Below are positions 51,968 through 62,765 of a DNA stretch of 64,000 nucleotides, in pieces; position 1 is the first letter of the stretch, and every line of letters begins with the position of its first letter. The notes beneath the pieces are model-generated. The model saw only the letters and a program-made list of their open reading frames with translations. It was not told where the DNA came from and did not search any database. Both the position numbers and the translations under genes were made by a program. Location: the NCBI GenBank assembly GCA_002410925.1, contig DHPR01000033.1, positions 142,397-206,396 on the forward strand, in the 5' to 3' direction. Origin of the DNA: a bacterium UBP13_UBA5359. GTDB lineage: Bacteria > UBP13 > UBA5359.

Positions 51968-52921
51968 TTACTCCTTAGCTGGCTTTCCCCAAGTTTCTCC
52001 GCATGCGGGCTTGTATCCATTTATATACTGCGTCGCATGCAGGCATTTTCTGTTTTCAGGCTGAAGCTCTGTTATCAGCAAACCATCCTGACCGGTAGCC
52101 AGCAATATACCCTGCTCGGATATCTCCACAATCTCTCCGGCCTGGCCTCCTGAAACCGGCTTTACCTCTGCCCGACATATTTTCAACCGCTCGCCGTTTC
52201 TATAAGTAAAGGCGGTCGGCCAGGGTATCATCGCCCTTATAAGATTGCGTATTCGCCCGGCGGATAAGGACCAGTCGATCTCTGCTTCAGCCTTGGTGAT
52301 AATCGGCGCATATGTTGCCTTGCTCTCATCCTGAGGCACAGCCAGCGTTTTACCGCGCCCTTCAAGTATTACGGCAGTGGATTCCAACACCAGTTCAGCG
52401 CCGATTTCCGACAAACGCTGCCCCAGTGTGAGAGAGGTATCGTCTGCATATATACGCTCAGGCCGTTGCAGCAGTATATCTCCGGCATCTACCCTGGCAG
52501 TCATATAGAGAGTGCTAACTCCCGTTGCGCTATCACCATTCATAATGGTACGCTGTATGGGTGCTGCTCCCCTGTATGCCGGCAGAAGCGAGCCGTGCAG
52601 ATTCACAGCGCCCAGCTCAGGCACCTCCAACAGTGCCTGCGGTAATATCTGCCCATAAGCGGCCACCCACAGGATTTGCGGGTGTAATGAAGATATTTTA
52701 TCCAATGCTTCAGCAGATTTTATGCGCTCCGGTTGATATATCTCTATGCCCAATTCCAGCGCCGCTTTTTTGGCAGGGCTTAATCTGAGCCTGAGACTGC
52801 GGCCGGCAGGCCTATCAGGTTGCGTTACCAACAGCGATATGCCCACAGCTTCGTGCAAACTTCTAATAGAGGGAACGGCAAACTCCGATGTCCCCATAAA
52901 TATTATCTTTGTATTCATCAT
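51968..52921 (-). CDS. fmt: Methionyl-tRNA formyltransferase
   Basis: KIIFMGT...SLLP formyltransferase N-domain and a C-terminal Fmt domain. Confidence 0.9.
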   Translation of the reverse strand: MMNTKIIFMGTSEFAVPSIRSLHEAVGISLLVTQPDRPAGRSLRLRLSPAKKAALELGIEIYQPERIKSAEALDKISSLHPQILWVAAYGQILPQALLEVPELGAVNLHGSLLPAYRGAAPIQRTIMNGDSATGVSTLYMTARVDAGDILLQRPERIYADDTSLTLGQRLSEIGAELVLESTAVILEGRGKTLAVPQDESKATYAPIITKAEAEIDWSLSAGRIRNLIRAMIPWPTAFTYRNGERLKICRAEVKPVSGGQAGEIVEISEQGILLATGQDGLLITELQPENRKCLHATQYINGYKPACGETWGKPAKE

Positions 52922-53394
52922 CCTGCATCGCTCTTCTTAAGTGTTAAAGGATCGGCCTTATCCACATAGAGAATACCATTCAGATGATCGATCTCGTGCT
53001 GCAGTGCCTGAGCCAGCAAGCCGGTGCCCTCCATTTCAAATTGTCTGAACTTGAAGTCTCTGGCGCTAACCCTTACCCAGGAGGAGCGCTCTACTTCGGC
53101 CGTATAACCGGGAATGCTCAGGCAGCCCTCCTGGCAAACAACCTGTCCGCAACAAGACACGATTTTGGGATTGATAAGAACTATAAGCCCTTCGCCGATA
53201 TCCACCAGTGCTATCCTCTTGTCAGAACCTACCTGGGGAGCTGCCAGACCGGCGCCATTAGCAGCATATAATGTATCCGTCATATCCTTGATCAGATGCT
53301 TTATATCGGGCGTTACCACCGTTACATCCCTCGTCTTCTCTCTGAGACGGGGGTCATCTTTAGTTAATATTTTGAGTATGGCCATAACTGTCAC
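52918..53394 (-). CDS. def: Peptide deformylase
   Basis: GLAAPQVG, EGCLSIPG and HEIDHLNG motifs. Confidence 0.9.
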   Translation of the reverse strand: MTVMAILKILTKDDPRLREKTRDVTVVTPDIKHLIKDMTDTLYAANGAGLAAPQVGSDKRIALVDIGEGLIVLINPKIVSCCGQVVCQEGCLSIPGYTAEVERSSWVRVSARDFKFRQFEMEGTGLLAQALQHEIDHLNGILYVDKADPLTLKKSDAG

Positions 53395-53415
53395 ACTCCT
53401 TCCAACCGTATAATC

Positions 53416-55593
53416 TTAATCAGGGTCCACATCAATTATGAGCCCTCTCCTATCAGCCTGCCGCATGGGCAGCAGAACTTCTCTCAGATGCTCCAGCGTT
53501 CTCTTCAATTCGCCTGATTTCACCAGCAGATGCCATCTGTATTGTCCTTTAAGTCGTGCTATAGCGGCAGGCGCCGGCCCGATAATTATATCATGTTGCG
53601 GCATATTGTGCCGCAGCAACCCAGCAAAGGCCGTAATCCTATTCCGGGCTATATCCGGTGCCGGATCGAAAGAGACTATGCTTATAATATGGCTGAAGGG
53701 CGGGTATGACAACTCCTTCCGCTGCTGCAATTCCGCTTCATAAAAGGCGATATAATTATGTTCGGCTGCACAGACAATGGCCGGATGCTCCGGATTATAT
53801 GTCTGCAGCATTACTTTACCCTCATCGGAGCCGCGACCTGCCCGGCCTGCCACCTGTGCCAGAAGCTGAAAAGTCCTCTCACCAGCTCTAAAGGATTCCA
53901 CATTTAACGATATGTCGGCAGCAATAACACCGACAACCGTAACATCAGGAAAATCATGCCCCTTGGCAACCATCTGAGTACCTATAAGTATACCGCCGCT
54001 TTTGCTTTTGAAGGCCTCTATCAGTTCCTGATGCGCTCCCTTTCTGGAAGTGGTGTCCCTATCCATTCTAAAAACCGGTGCATCGGGAAATTCCAGTGCC
54101 GTACTCTCTTCCAGCCTTTCAGTTCCCAGCCCGAAATATCTGATACGATGACTGGAACATTTAGGACAGGTATTCGGCGCCTTTGCCGTATATTCGCAAT
54201 GATGACATGTCAGCATTTTATTTTTCATATGATAGGTGAGCGAAACTGAACAGTTAGGACAGCGAACAGAGTAACCGCACTCCCGACAAAGAACAAAGGT
54301 AGAGTAGCCCCTTCTGTTCAGGAAGAGTATGCTCTGTTTATCATTATCCAGCGCCTCTTTTACCGCATTCATCAGCTTTCGGCTGAAGATACGACGATTT
54401 CCGGATTTAAGTTCCTCCCGCATGTCGATTATCTCAACATGCGGCATTTCCCTGCCTGCTACCCGTTTCTTCAGTTCCAACAGCGCATACTCGCCGTTAG
54501 ACGCCTGATAATAGCTCTCCAGCGACGGAGTAGCGCTGCCCAGCACTACCTGAGCACCATAAAGATCCGCTCTCTTTATGGCTACATCTCTGGTGTGATA
54601 CCGAGGGCAGCTATCTTGCTTGTAGCTCTGATCATGCTCTTCATCAATAACTATTATGCCCGGATCTTTTAAGGGGGCAAAGACGGCAGACCTGGGTCCC
54701 AATACAATATCTGCGTTGCCTTCAGCTATCCTGCGCCATTCCGAGGCTCTTTCACCAGCCGACATAGCGCTATGCAGCACAGCCAGCCTTTGGCCGAATC
54801 TGCTTCTGAATATGCCGGATATCTGTGGCGTAAGCCCTATTTCCGGCACGGTCACTATTGCCTGGCGGCCGCCGGCCAGTGTTTTTTCAACCATACGGAT
54901 ATATAGTTCCGTCTTACCGCTTCCGGTAACGCCATGCAGAAGCACCGGCCTGGTATCGCCACGTCTTCTCAAATCCATAACAGCATTCAATACATGCTGT
55001 TGCTCATCAGTAAGGCGCTCCGGAATATTATCATTTACACATAATGAAACGTAAGCTTCATCAGGCGTAACAAAAGAAACGACGCCTTTTTTTACCAGCG
55101 CATTCATTACAGCAGAGCTGACGCCGCAAAGGCGATAACATTCAGCTCTGCTGAAGCGGAAAGGATTGGCAAGGATAAGATCATACAATCTTTGCTGTAA
55201 TGCCGTCAATCTGTCAGGCGCTCTCTCAGATGGTCCGACCAGAAGCACTCTCTGCTTACGAACGCCCTCTTCAATATAAGAGGGGTAAAAGAGCCTTAGT
55301 GCATCTATGGAGGGAGAGAAATAGCGCCGAGCAATCCATTTAGCTAACGCTATGGCTTTCTCGCAAAGAAAGGTATCATGACGAGTTAAATGGAGTATAG
55401 TACTGAGATCGGCATAAGCAGAATGGCTCTTAAGATACGCAATTATGCCTTTGACATGCCTGCGGTTAAAGAGAACTTCAACTTCATCGCCCACCATAAC
55501 CTCTTCTTGAAGGTGAGGTGGAACGATATAATCAAAACCAAACTCACCGGTAAGAACGGGAAGATCAACTATAACCTCGGCTATCATTTTCAA
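53416..55593 (-). CDS. priA: Primosomal protein N' (replication restart helicase PriA)
   Basis: GVTGSGKTE Walker A, DEEH box and the Cys4-Cys4 zinc-binding insert. Confidence 0.9.
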   Translation of the reverse strand: MKMIAEVIVDLPVLTGEFGFDYIVPPHLQEEVMVGDEVEVLFNRRHVKGIIAYLKSHSAYADLSTILHLTRHDTFLCEKAIALAKWIARRYFSPSIDALRLFYPSYIEEGVRKQRVLLVGPSERAPDRLTALQQRLYDLILANPFRFSRAECYRLCGVSSAVMNALVKKGVVSFVTPDEAYVSLCVNDNIPERLTDEQQHVLNAVMDLRRRGDTRPVLLHGVTGSGKTELYIRMVEKTLAGGRQAIVTVPEIGLTPQISGIFRSRFGQRLAVLHSAMSAGERASEWRRIAEGNADIVLGPRSAVFAPLKDPGIIVIDEEHDQSYKQDSCPRYHTRDVAIKRADLYGAQVVLGSATPSLESYYQASNGEYALLELKKRVAGREMPHVEIIDMREELKSGNRRIFSRKLMNAVKEALDNDKQSILFLNRRGYSTFVLCRECGYSVRCPNCSVSLTYHMKNKMLTCHHCEYTAKAPNTCPKCSSHRIRYFGLGTERLEESTALEFPDAPVFRMDRDTTSRKGAHQELIEAFKSKSGGILIGTQMVAKGHDFPDVTVVGVIAADISLNVESFRAGERTFQLLAQVAGRAGRGSDEGKVMLQTYNPEHPAIVCAAEHNYIAFYEAELQQRKELSYPPFSHIISIVSFDPAPDIARNRITAFAGLLRHNMPQHDIIIGPAPAAIARLKGQYRWHLLVKSGELKRTLEHLREVLLPMRQADRRGLIIDVDPD

Positions 55594-55636
55594 AACTCCA
55601 CGACCCGCTGCCGAATAACCTTGTATCGCGGCCGCG

Positions 55637-56533
55637 TTATAAGGTTATTTCCACTTTGGCCTTGCTGCGCTGCTCCTGAATCCATCCGGGAATAACTGCC
55701 TTGCGTTTTTCATCCATAAGTATCTTTTTTATCTCATCCTTCACTGAGGTCAGAGACATTTCACGCTCAGCTTCCCTGGCTTCCACTTTAATGATATGGT
55801 AACCGTAATTGGTTTTGACAATATCGCTCGTTTCACCGACATTAACAGCAAAGGCTGCCATTTCAAATTCTGGAACCATCTGTCCGCGAATAAAGGTTCC
55901 CAGATCCCCGCCATTGGCTTTGCTGCCCGGATCGATAGATATCTCGGCAGCCAACTCATCGAACTTCTTATCGCCGCTCTTCAGCTGTTCCAAAGCCTTT
56001 CTGGCCTCTTCCTCTGTCTGCACCAGAATATGCCTGGCTCTTACCGTCTCGGGCACAGTATAGCGCTGCTTATTCTCATCATAATGCTTCTTAATTTCAT
56101 CATCCGCAACAGCTGTGTCGGCTGCAGTCAGCTTATCCAGCATCAGTTGCGGCACCATATTGGTCTTTAAAGATTCCAGATCTATCTTATACCGTTTCAA
56201 AGCCTCCTCAAAGGCAGCCTCATTGGGAAACTGAGATTTTATCTCGGCTACCCCGGCATTGACTTCAGCATCGGTTATCTTGATACCGGCCTTGGCAGCG
56301 GCTTGCTTGATAATCAACATATCGATCATCTGTTCCAGCATCGAGCTACCGCCCTGTTTGATTAGCCTATCGACAAGGCTCTGCCTGGTAATAGCCTCTC
56401 CGTTTACCGTAGCAACGATATCGGGCCTGGCGGCAGATGCCGCCGTCTTTTTGTCAGCCGCATATCCAGCTGTCGCTGTCGATAAAATCATGATCGCTGC
56501 GGTCGCCGTGAATAGAGTCTTAATTGTTCTCAT
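55637..56533 (-). CDS. Secreted parvulin-type peptidyl-prolyl isomerase (PrsA/SurA family)
   Basis: Signal peptide and a PpiC-type PPIase core (ARHILV...GGDLG). Confidence 0.7.
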   Translation of the reverse strand: MRTIKTLFTATAAIMILSTATAGYAADKKTAASAARPDIVATVNGEAITRQSLVDRLIKQGGSSMLEQMIDMLIIKQAAAKAGIKITDAEVNAGVAEIKSQFPNEAAFEEALKRYKIDLESLKTNMVPQLMLDKLTAADTAVADDEIKKHYDENKQRYTVPETVRARHILVQTEEEARKALEQLKSGDKKFDELAAEISIDPGSKANGGDLGTFIRGQMVPEFEMAAFAVNVGETSDIVKTNYGYHIIKVEAREAEREMSLTSVKDEIKKILMDEKRKAVIPGWIQEQRSKAKVEITL

Positions 56534-57749
56534 TGGTTCTCTTCCTCTCCTTTAAAATATCTGCAATTCTTTCCATAATAGAGCAAGCAAGGCTATCCTT
56601 GCTTGCCTGACCGATACAAATAGGTTCCCTGTTCTTCATAAGCAAAGTAAAGGATCCTGTTTCAGCACCGAAACTTGTTGGATCGTTGAGGACGATCATA
56701 TCAAGCCTTTTATCAGCCAGCTTTCGCTGTGCATTCTCCAGATGATCAGCTGCCTCCAGCGCAAAACCGATCAATACACAATTCACCGCACGTCCTGCAA
56801 TATCCTTCAAAATATCAGGATTTCGAACCAGGTTAAGGATCATAGCATCCCTATTCTTTTTTATCTTGCCTGAAGCACGCACAGCCGGCCTGTAATCGGA
56901 TACGGCAGCAGCCATGATCAGAACATCCGTCGTATCTATTCCAGCATTGACCTCCCGCTGCATATCCAGAGCGCTCTCTATGCTGATAAGTTCGGCTCCG
57001 GCAATTATATCATCAGGAGTCTCGTTTGCCGGACCCATTACGAGCCTAACCTCAGCCCCCTGCGCCAAGGCTGCGCGAGCTAACGAAAAGCCGATCCTGC
57101 CGGTAGAAGGATTCGATATATACCTGACATCGTCCAGCCATTCACGCGTAGGACCGGCGGTTATCATTATCCTGACGCCACCCAATGGCTTATTGGTGAC
57201 AAGGATTGCGGTTAATGCCGCTAGTATGTCCTCCGGTTCTGCCAGCCTGCCGGTTCCTTGCGCTCCGCAGGCCAGATAACCCTCTCCGGGAGCAATGATT
57301 GTTACGCCTCGCCGGCGTAGCAGGGATACGTTGTCCACTACAGCCGGGCTACACCACATAGCTGTATTCATAGCAGGAGCAACCGCTATGCGATGCGGTG
57401 AAAAGGCAAGGGCGGTAGAAGTGACCAGATTGTCGGCCATACCGCACGCAAGCCTTGCTATGGTGTTAGCCGTCGCCGGTGCCAGAAGGTAAACGTCTGC
57501 CCACTCGGCCAGCGAGATATGGCTATCACGCCAGGCGCCGTCAGTGAGAAAATTGTCGGCGTAAACCTCATGCCCTGCCAACGCTCTCAACGTATCAATG
57601 CCGATAAAATGCTTGCCGGCGTCAGTAATCAGAGCCTTTACCTCGGCCCCTTCCTGCTGTAGCAGCCTGATCAGATATGCTGACTTATAAGCCGCAATGC
57701 TTCCGGTTACTCCAAGCAGCACTCGTTTTCCCTTAAGCATATGGTTCAT
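56520..57749 (-). CDS. coaBC: Bifunctional phosphopantothenoylcysteine decarboxylase / phosphopantothenate-cysteine ligase
   Basis: N-terminal flavoprotein domain and C-terminal CoaB domain (GxMG...AAVSD). Confidence 0.9.
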   Translation of the reverse strand: MNHMLKGKRVLLGVTGSIAAYKSAYLIRLLQQEGAEVKALITDAGKHFIGIDTLRALAGHEVYADNFLTDGAWRDSHISLAEWADVYLLAPATANTIARLACGMADNLVTSTALAFSPHRIAVAPAMNTAMWCSPAVVDNVSLLRRRGVTIIAPGEGYLACGAQGTGRLAEPEDILAALTAILVTNKPLGGVRIMITAGPTREWLDDVRYISNPSTGRIGFSLARAALAQGAEVRLVMGPANETPDDIIAGAELISIESALDMQREVNAGIDTTDVLIMAAAVSDYRPAVRASGKIKKNRDAMILNLVRNPDILKDIAGRAVNCVLIGFALEAADHLENAQRKLADKRLDMIVLNDPTSFGAETGSFTLLMKNREPICIGQASKDSLACSIMERIADILKERKRTNENN

Positions 57750-57949
57750 TTCTCCGGTTGCGCTTGAATAATCTCAACTTCGCCCTTAATTATTTCATCA
57801 AGAGCTATGGTAACAGGCTTGGTAGCCGAGGTTTTAATTACCGGCTCCTTACCGCTGTTTATCTCTCTGGCTCGTTTAGCTACCGCTACTGTTAGGGCAT
57901 ATTTATTTATGCCCATATCCCGTCTTACCTCAACTGGTGAAATCAGCAT
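57746..57949 (-). CDS. rpoZ: DNA-directed RNA polymerase subunit omega
   Basis: 67 aa. The NKYALTVAVAKRAREI motif is diagnostic. Confidence 0.85.
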   Translation of the reverse strand: MLISPVEVRRDMGINKYALTVAVAKRAREINSGKEPVIKTSATKPVTIALDEIIKGEVEIIQAQPEK

Positions 57950-58530
57950 TCTTGGTCATCTCCCTTTCGTCGCCTTCTCTCATTCTGTATTATTTCCGCT
58001 AATTCACTAACGGCTCTATCCACAACATCATTTACAACAATATAATCGTATGCAGCGGACGCAGCTATCTCTCTGTCGGCCTCTATTAATCGACGTTTAA
58101 TTGCCTGTCCGTCTTCCGTTCCGCGCTCTGTCAATCGGCGAGCTAATTCGGCATGCGATGGAGGAACAAGAAAGATTGTCAGGGCATCAAAAACGGCACC
58201 AGCCACCCTTTCAGCTCCTTGTACATCAATAACCAAAACAACATCCCTGCCCTCGTTACGCAGGCGTGCAACCTCATCCGCAGGCGTACCGTAATAGTTG
58301 GCATGAACAGAAGCCCACTCCAGAAAACGATTCTCCGCTATCATCTGTTCAAAGCCTTTCTGCTCAACAAAGATATAATCTCGTCCGTTGATCTCTCCTT
58401 CACGCATAGGCCTGGTAGTGACAGAAACGCTTTTCCGAAGATCTGGAAGGCGTTTATTCAGCTCTTTAAAAACCGTATCCTTACCTACACCGGAAGGACC
58501 GGAAATAATAATCAGCAGCCCTTCTTTCAA
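57943..58530 (-). CDS. gmk: Guanylate kinase
   Basis: GPSGVGKDT P-loop. TTG start with a GAGGGA RBS. Confidence 0.9.
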   Translation of the reverse strand: MKEGLLIIISGPSGVGKDTVFKELNKRLPDLRKSVSVTTRPMREGEINGRDYIFVEQKGFEQMIAENRFLEWASVHANYYGTPADEVARLRNEGRDVVLVIDVQGAERVAGAVFDALTIFLVPPSHAELARRLTERGTEDGQAIKRRLIEADREIAASAAYDYIVVNDVVDRAVSELAEIIQNERRRRKGDDQEC

Positions 58531-58661
58531 AACGTTCCCTCACATAACCTCTCAAGCGAAATTTAGAAGATAGAAACCGGAGAAACCTGAGAGCACTTCT
58601 TAATTCTACTTCCGGCTACTCCGCTTTGGCTGATTTGCCGGCTAGCCGAACAACAGGACAT

Positions 58662-58700
58662 ATTATATCACAAGCCATTACTAACATCTAATAAATCTCC
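58662..58700 (-). promoter_or_regulatory. Extended -10 promoter (TGATATAAT) upstream of the gmk-rpoZ-coaBC cluster
   Basis: Minus-strand TGATATAAT with a weak -35. Gives a 5' UTR of about 140 nt. Confidence 0.3.
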
Positions 58701-58798
58701 ACCGGTGTATATATTATCCTGCGGAAGGTCTTCTGTTTCCGAAACTCTATTCTCTGCTCTCAGTGTCCGGACTTGCAAACAGACCCGCATACCCGGCA

Positions 58799-60988
58799 TC
58801 ATGCATCCAGACGATGGACGCTGATTACATCTTTAATACCCATCAGATGATCGATAGCTTTATTAAGCTCCGTAAGATGTTCAACTTTAAGAAGGATATC
58901 TATCTTAACTCTACCGTCACGATTCCTATTGCGTACGTTAAGGGCGCTTATCATCAAGCGTTGTTCGCTCATAGCACCTGCAATGTCCAACAGCAATCCT
59001 CCGCGGTCAAAGGCCTGAAGTTCAATTGCTGCAATACGATTATGCGTATTCTCCTCTTCCCACGATACATGCAGAACCCTGTCATCATCTCTTTGCATCA
59101 AATTTATGATGTTGGGGCAATCATCACGATGAATGGTCACTCCTCGTCCCCTCGTGACATAGCCGGTAATTTCATCTCCCGGCAACGGGTTGCAGCATCT
59201 GGCGTAACGCACCAGTATACGATCCACTCCCTTGACCCGTACTCCTGTTCTACCATTATGTGCTGCGGGCTTCTTCTGGCCTTCGGTTTCACCACTTAAT
59301 TTAGCAACAACTTCATTATCGGTGGGACGTTCCTTGGTCTCCTCACGCAGCTTATTAATAACCGCCTGGGGAGTCAATTCACCATACCCCAATGCGGCAA
59401 TTAAATCATCAGGCGTCTGATAATTGAATCTGGTCGTTACCTTGCCAATGGCCTCTCCCTTGATGCAGGTAGGATTAAGGCTGGCTTTTACGATCTCTCT
59501 TTCCAACAGAATGCGCCCACGCTCGATATTGGCTTCACGACGCTCCTTCTTCAGCCATTGCCTGATTCTATTTCTGGCCTGCGAAGTCTTGATAAAGCTC
59601 AACCAATCCAGATTGGGCCCGCAAGCTGTCTTGCTGGTAATGATTTCAACGATATCGCCGTTCTTGAGTTGATAATCCAAGGGTACAATACGTCCGTTTA
59701 CTTTCGATCCTGCACAGCGATTTCCGATATCCGTATGGATTCTATAAGCAAAATCCACCGGCGATGCGTCGCGCGGAAGGACCAGAACATCTCCGTTAGG
59801 AGTGAAGACAAAGACTTCATCGCTGAATAGATCGTAACGCAGCATCTCCATAAACTCACCGGCATCGCGCGAATCAGACTGCCATTCCAGCATCTGCCTG
59901 AGCCAGGAGAGCTTCTCTTCATAATCTGTCGTAGTTCCCACGCCCTGTTTATACTTCCAATGTGCCGCTACTCCATATTCGGCTGTACGATGCATCTCCC
60001 AGGTACGTATTTGCACCTCCAAAGGGCTACCATTGGGGCCGATAACCTTAGTATGCAACGATTGATACATATTGCTTTTAGGCATAGCTATATAATCCGT
60101 AAACATCTCTGGTATGGGTTTCCAGAGAGTGTGGACTATTCCCAATACAGCATAGCAATCCTTGACAGTGTCAACGATGATTCTTAAGGCAGTCAGATCG
60201 TAAATCTGGCTGAATTCCAGGTTTTGCCTCTTCATCTTCTGGTAAATAGAGTAAAAATGCTTCGGCCTTCCACTGATAGCTCCCTTGATATCTATTTCAT
60301 CCAGCTTTTTCTGTAATGAATCGATACAAAACTGGATATCTGCCTCTCTTTCTCTTCTCTTTCTAGCAATCTTGGAAACTATATCTCTGTAAGCTTCAGG
60401 CTCTAGATAGCGTAAAGAGAGGTCCTCCAGCTCCCATTTTAACTTACCCACACCCAGACGATGAGCTAAAGGAGCGTATATATCCAGTGTCTCTCTGGCA
60501 ATCTCCTGCTGCTTGCCAGCCGGCATGGATGTCAGCGTTCTCATATTATGCAGCCTATCTGCCAGCTTAATGATTACTACCCGGATATCCTGTGCCATGG
60601 CCAGAAACATTTTGCGCAAGTTCTCAGCCTGCCGCTCCAGCTTGTTCTTGAATTTGAGTTGATTTAGCTTGGTCATACCCTCAATAAGCGCAGTTATTTC
60701 CTCGCCAAAGGTAACTCTTATCTGCATCAGCCTGACAGGGGTGTCCTCAACTACGTCATGTAATAATGCAGCGGCAACCGTATAGACATCCATCTCGATA
60801 TCTGTCAGGATATTGGCAACCTCAAGCGGATGAGTGATGAAGAAATCTCCAGATACGCGATACTGACCAATATGAGCTTGACAAGCAAAATCATACGCAC
60901 GTTTGAGCAATTCTATATCCGCATCCGGCTGATAACGTATTAGCTTCTGGCTGATACTGTCCAGATCTGCGGGCGGCATCTTACTCAC
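58799..60988 (-). CDS. rel: Bifunctional (p)ppGpp synthetase/hydrolase (RelA/SpoT homologue)
   Basis: HD hydrolase domain (HD..ED), synthetase domain (RxKxxxS...), TGS and ACT domains. 729 aa. Confidence 0.9.
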   Translation of the reverse strand: MSKMPPADLDSISQKLIRYQPDADIELLKRAYDFACQAHIGQYRVSGDFFITHPLEVANILTDIEMDVYTVAAALLHDVVEDTPVRLMQIRVTFGEEITALIEGMTKLNQLKFKNKLERQAENLRKMFLAMAQDIRVVIIKLADRLHNMRTLTSMPAGKQQEIARETLDIYAPLAHRLGVGKLKWELEDLSLRYLEPEAYRDIVSKIARKRREREADIQFCIDSLQKKLDEIDIKGAISGRPKHFYSIYQKMKRQNLEFSQIYDLTALRIIVDTVKDCYAVLGIVHTLWKPIPEMFTDYIAMPKSNMYQSLHTKVIGPNGSPLEVQIRTWEMHRTAEYGVAAHWKYKQGVGTTTDYEEKLSWLRQMLEWQSDSRDAGEFMEMLRYDLFSDEVFVFTPNGDVLVLPRDASPVDFAYRIHTDIGNRCAGSKVNGRIVPLDYQLKNGDIVEIITSKTACGPNLDWLSFIKTSQARNRIRQWLKKERREANIERGRILLEREIVKASLNPTCIKGEAIGKVTTRFNYQTPDDLIAALGYGELTPQAVINKLREETKERPTDNEVVAKLSGETEGQKKPAAHNGRTGVRVKGVDRILVRYARCCNPLPGDEITGYVTRGRGVTIHRDDCPNIINLMQRDDDRVLHVSWEEENTHNRIAAIELQAFDRGGLLLDIAGAMSEQRLMISALNVRNRNRDGRVKIDILLKVEHLTELNKAIDHLMGIKDVISVHRLDA

Positions 60989-62702
60989 AGCAAGTAAACT
61001 CCCTGTTTTTCTGGTGCAGATCGTAATCCTGCACGTTCATTTGCAAACTTTTTCTGTTCTGCCAGACATTTTCCTCTAACGTATATACAATATCATATTT
61101 AACGCCTTTTTTAAAAGAGGATATATCGGCACCGCGACCAAATGCTATGGCCTCCGCCACACCCTCGTCACAGGCTACCCGCATCTTGAGATGAGAGCCG
61201 CACTTTCCCACCGCAAAGGCTTCAGTGACGGCTACATTTCGGGCAATAAATACAGGACGCTCAGCCTCCGGCCCGAAGGGAGATAAATGCTCCAGTTCAT
61301 TCAGCAGAGCAAATGAAAATTCATGGGGCTGCAAAACGGCATCTATGCGAAGTCTGGGGCGCAGAGCAGCGGCACTACGGACTTCCAGCGCCGCTCTATT
61401 GATCGTCTCATTAAAATCAGACAAGGCAGAGACAGCCAGCGTCAGGCCGGCGGCGGCGGCATGGCCACCGTATCGAAGCAAATGCGCTGAAGCGGCGTCC
61501 ATCAACTTCAGAATATCCATGCCTTCCACCCCTCTGGCAGAGCCATGCCCTTCGCCACCATCCATGGAGATAACAATAGCCGGACGGCCGTACAATTCAG
61601 TCAGCCGACAGGCGGCTATTCCCAGAACTCCCTTATGCCAGCCTGTGCCTGCAGCTACGATCACCTGCTTGTCTGAATAATCATGTGCACCGACAATTTC
61701 CGCCAGTACAGCCTCCACTTCATTACGACGTTTAGCATTGAATATCTCCAGTTTGCGCGCAATGGCATAGGCCTCTCTACGGTTCTCTGTCAATAAAAGA
61801 CGTGCGCTCCAAAGTGCATTATCCATTCTTCCGGCAGCATTCAACCGGGGAGCCAGAATGAATGCCAGCTGCCTTTCATCGATAACAGCGGGCTCCAGCC
61901 GGCAAACCGAAAGCAATTCCCGAATACCGCTTCTACTGCAATCGCGTATGACCTCCATCCCCAGGCTGGCCAGTGTGCGGTTCTCGCCGGACAAAGGAAC
62001 GATATCGGCAATCGTTCCCAGGCAGACCAGATCCAGCTGTGACCGGATCAACTCCTCCGGCAACCCCAGAGCCTGAGAAAGTCCCCAGGCCAGCCGAAAG
62101 GCAACACCCACTCCGGCCAAAGAGAGAAACCTCTCATCCCCGGGATTCAGCCGTGGATTGATAATTGCTTCGGCTTCCGGCGGCCGGCATATTGGAGTAT
62201 GATGATCGGTAATAATGACTTTCATGCCCAGACTTCGCGCATACTCCACAGCGGCATGATCGGAGGTACCGCAGTCAACGGTGATAATAGTGCCGATACC
62301 ACGCTCAAAAGCCTTATCGATAATGGCACTGTTCAAACCGTAACCTTCGCTCAAGCGGTTGGGCACATAGTAGCCGACATCGAATCCCGCCGCAGTCAGA
62401 ATACTGTATAAGAGAACGGTGGAGGTTATGCCATCTACATCGTAATCACCGTAGACCAGGAAGCGGTCTCCGGCTGCAGCCGCATCAATTATCTGCGCTG
62501 TCGCTTCCGCAACCCCCGGCAGGTTATCCGGTGGTAAGAGATGCTTGAATTGAGGATGCAGGTATGCAATCGCATGGTCAGGCCTCTTTACTCCTCTCAA
62601 TAGCAGAAGGCGAGCTATAAGCGGCGAAAGACCGACAGCTTCGGCCAGACCGTTGATATCCTTATCATCTATCTGTATATAATCCCATTCAGCCCTGCGC
62701 AA
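60981..62702 (-). CDS. recJ: Single-stranded-DNA-specific exonuclease RecJ
   Basis: DHH motifs (YGDYDVDG, ITDHH) and DHHA1 (GGGH). Confidence 0.9.
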   Translation of the reverse strand: MRRAEWDYIQIDDKDINGLAEAVGLSPLIARLLLLRGVKRPDHAIAYLHPQFKHLLPPDNLPGVAEATAQIIDAAAAGDRFLVYGDYDVDGITSTVLLYSILTAAGFDVGYYVPNRLSEGYGLNSAIIDKAFERGIGTIITVDCGTSDHAAVEYARSLGMKVIITDHHTPICRPPEAEAIINPRLNPGDERFLSLAGVGVAFRLAWGLSQALGLPEELIRSQLDLVCLGTIADIVPLSGENRTLASLGMEVIRDCSRSGIRELLSVCRLEPAVIDERQLAFILAPRLNAAGRMDNALWSARLLLTENRREAYAIARKLEIFNAKRRNEVEAVLAEIVGAHDYSDKQVIVAAGTGWHKGVLGIAACRLTELYGRPAIVISMDGGEGHGSARGVEGMDILKLMDAASAHLLRYGGHAAAAGLTLAVSALSDFNETINRAALEVRSAAALRPRLRIDAVLQPHEFSFALLNELEHLSPFGPEAERPVFIARNVAVTEAFAVGKCGSHLKMRVACDEGVAEAIAFGRGADISSFKKGVKYDIVYTLEENVWQNRKSLQMNVQDYDLHQKNREFTCCE

Positions 62703-62765
62703 TTTATTTCCCCGAGCAAAAGGCCCCCCTCTAGCAGGCGGGCCCCCTCTTATTATGCTCTTCTT

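Noticed and set aside
62715-62760. GC-rich repeat AGAGGGGGCC x2 between secF and recJ
   Set aside because: Only a 5-bp GGCCC/GGGCC stem plus UUUU is possible. This gives weak terminator support at best, so I did not annotate it.
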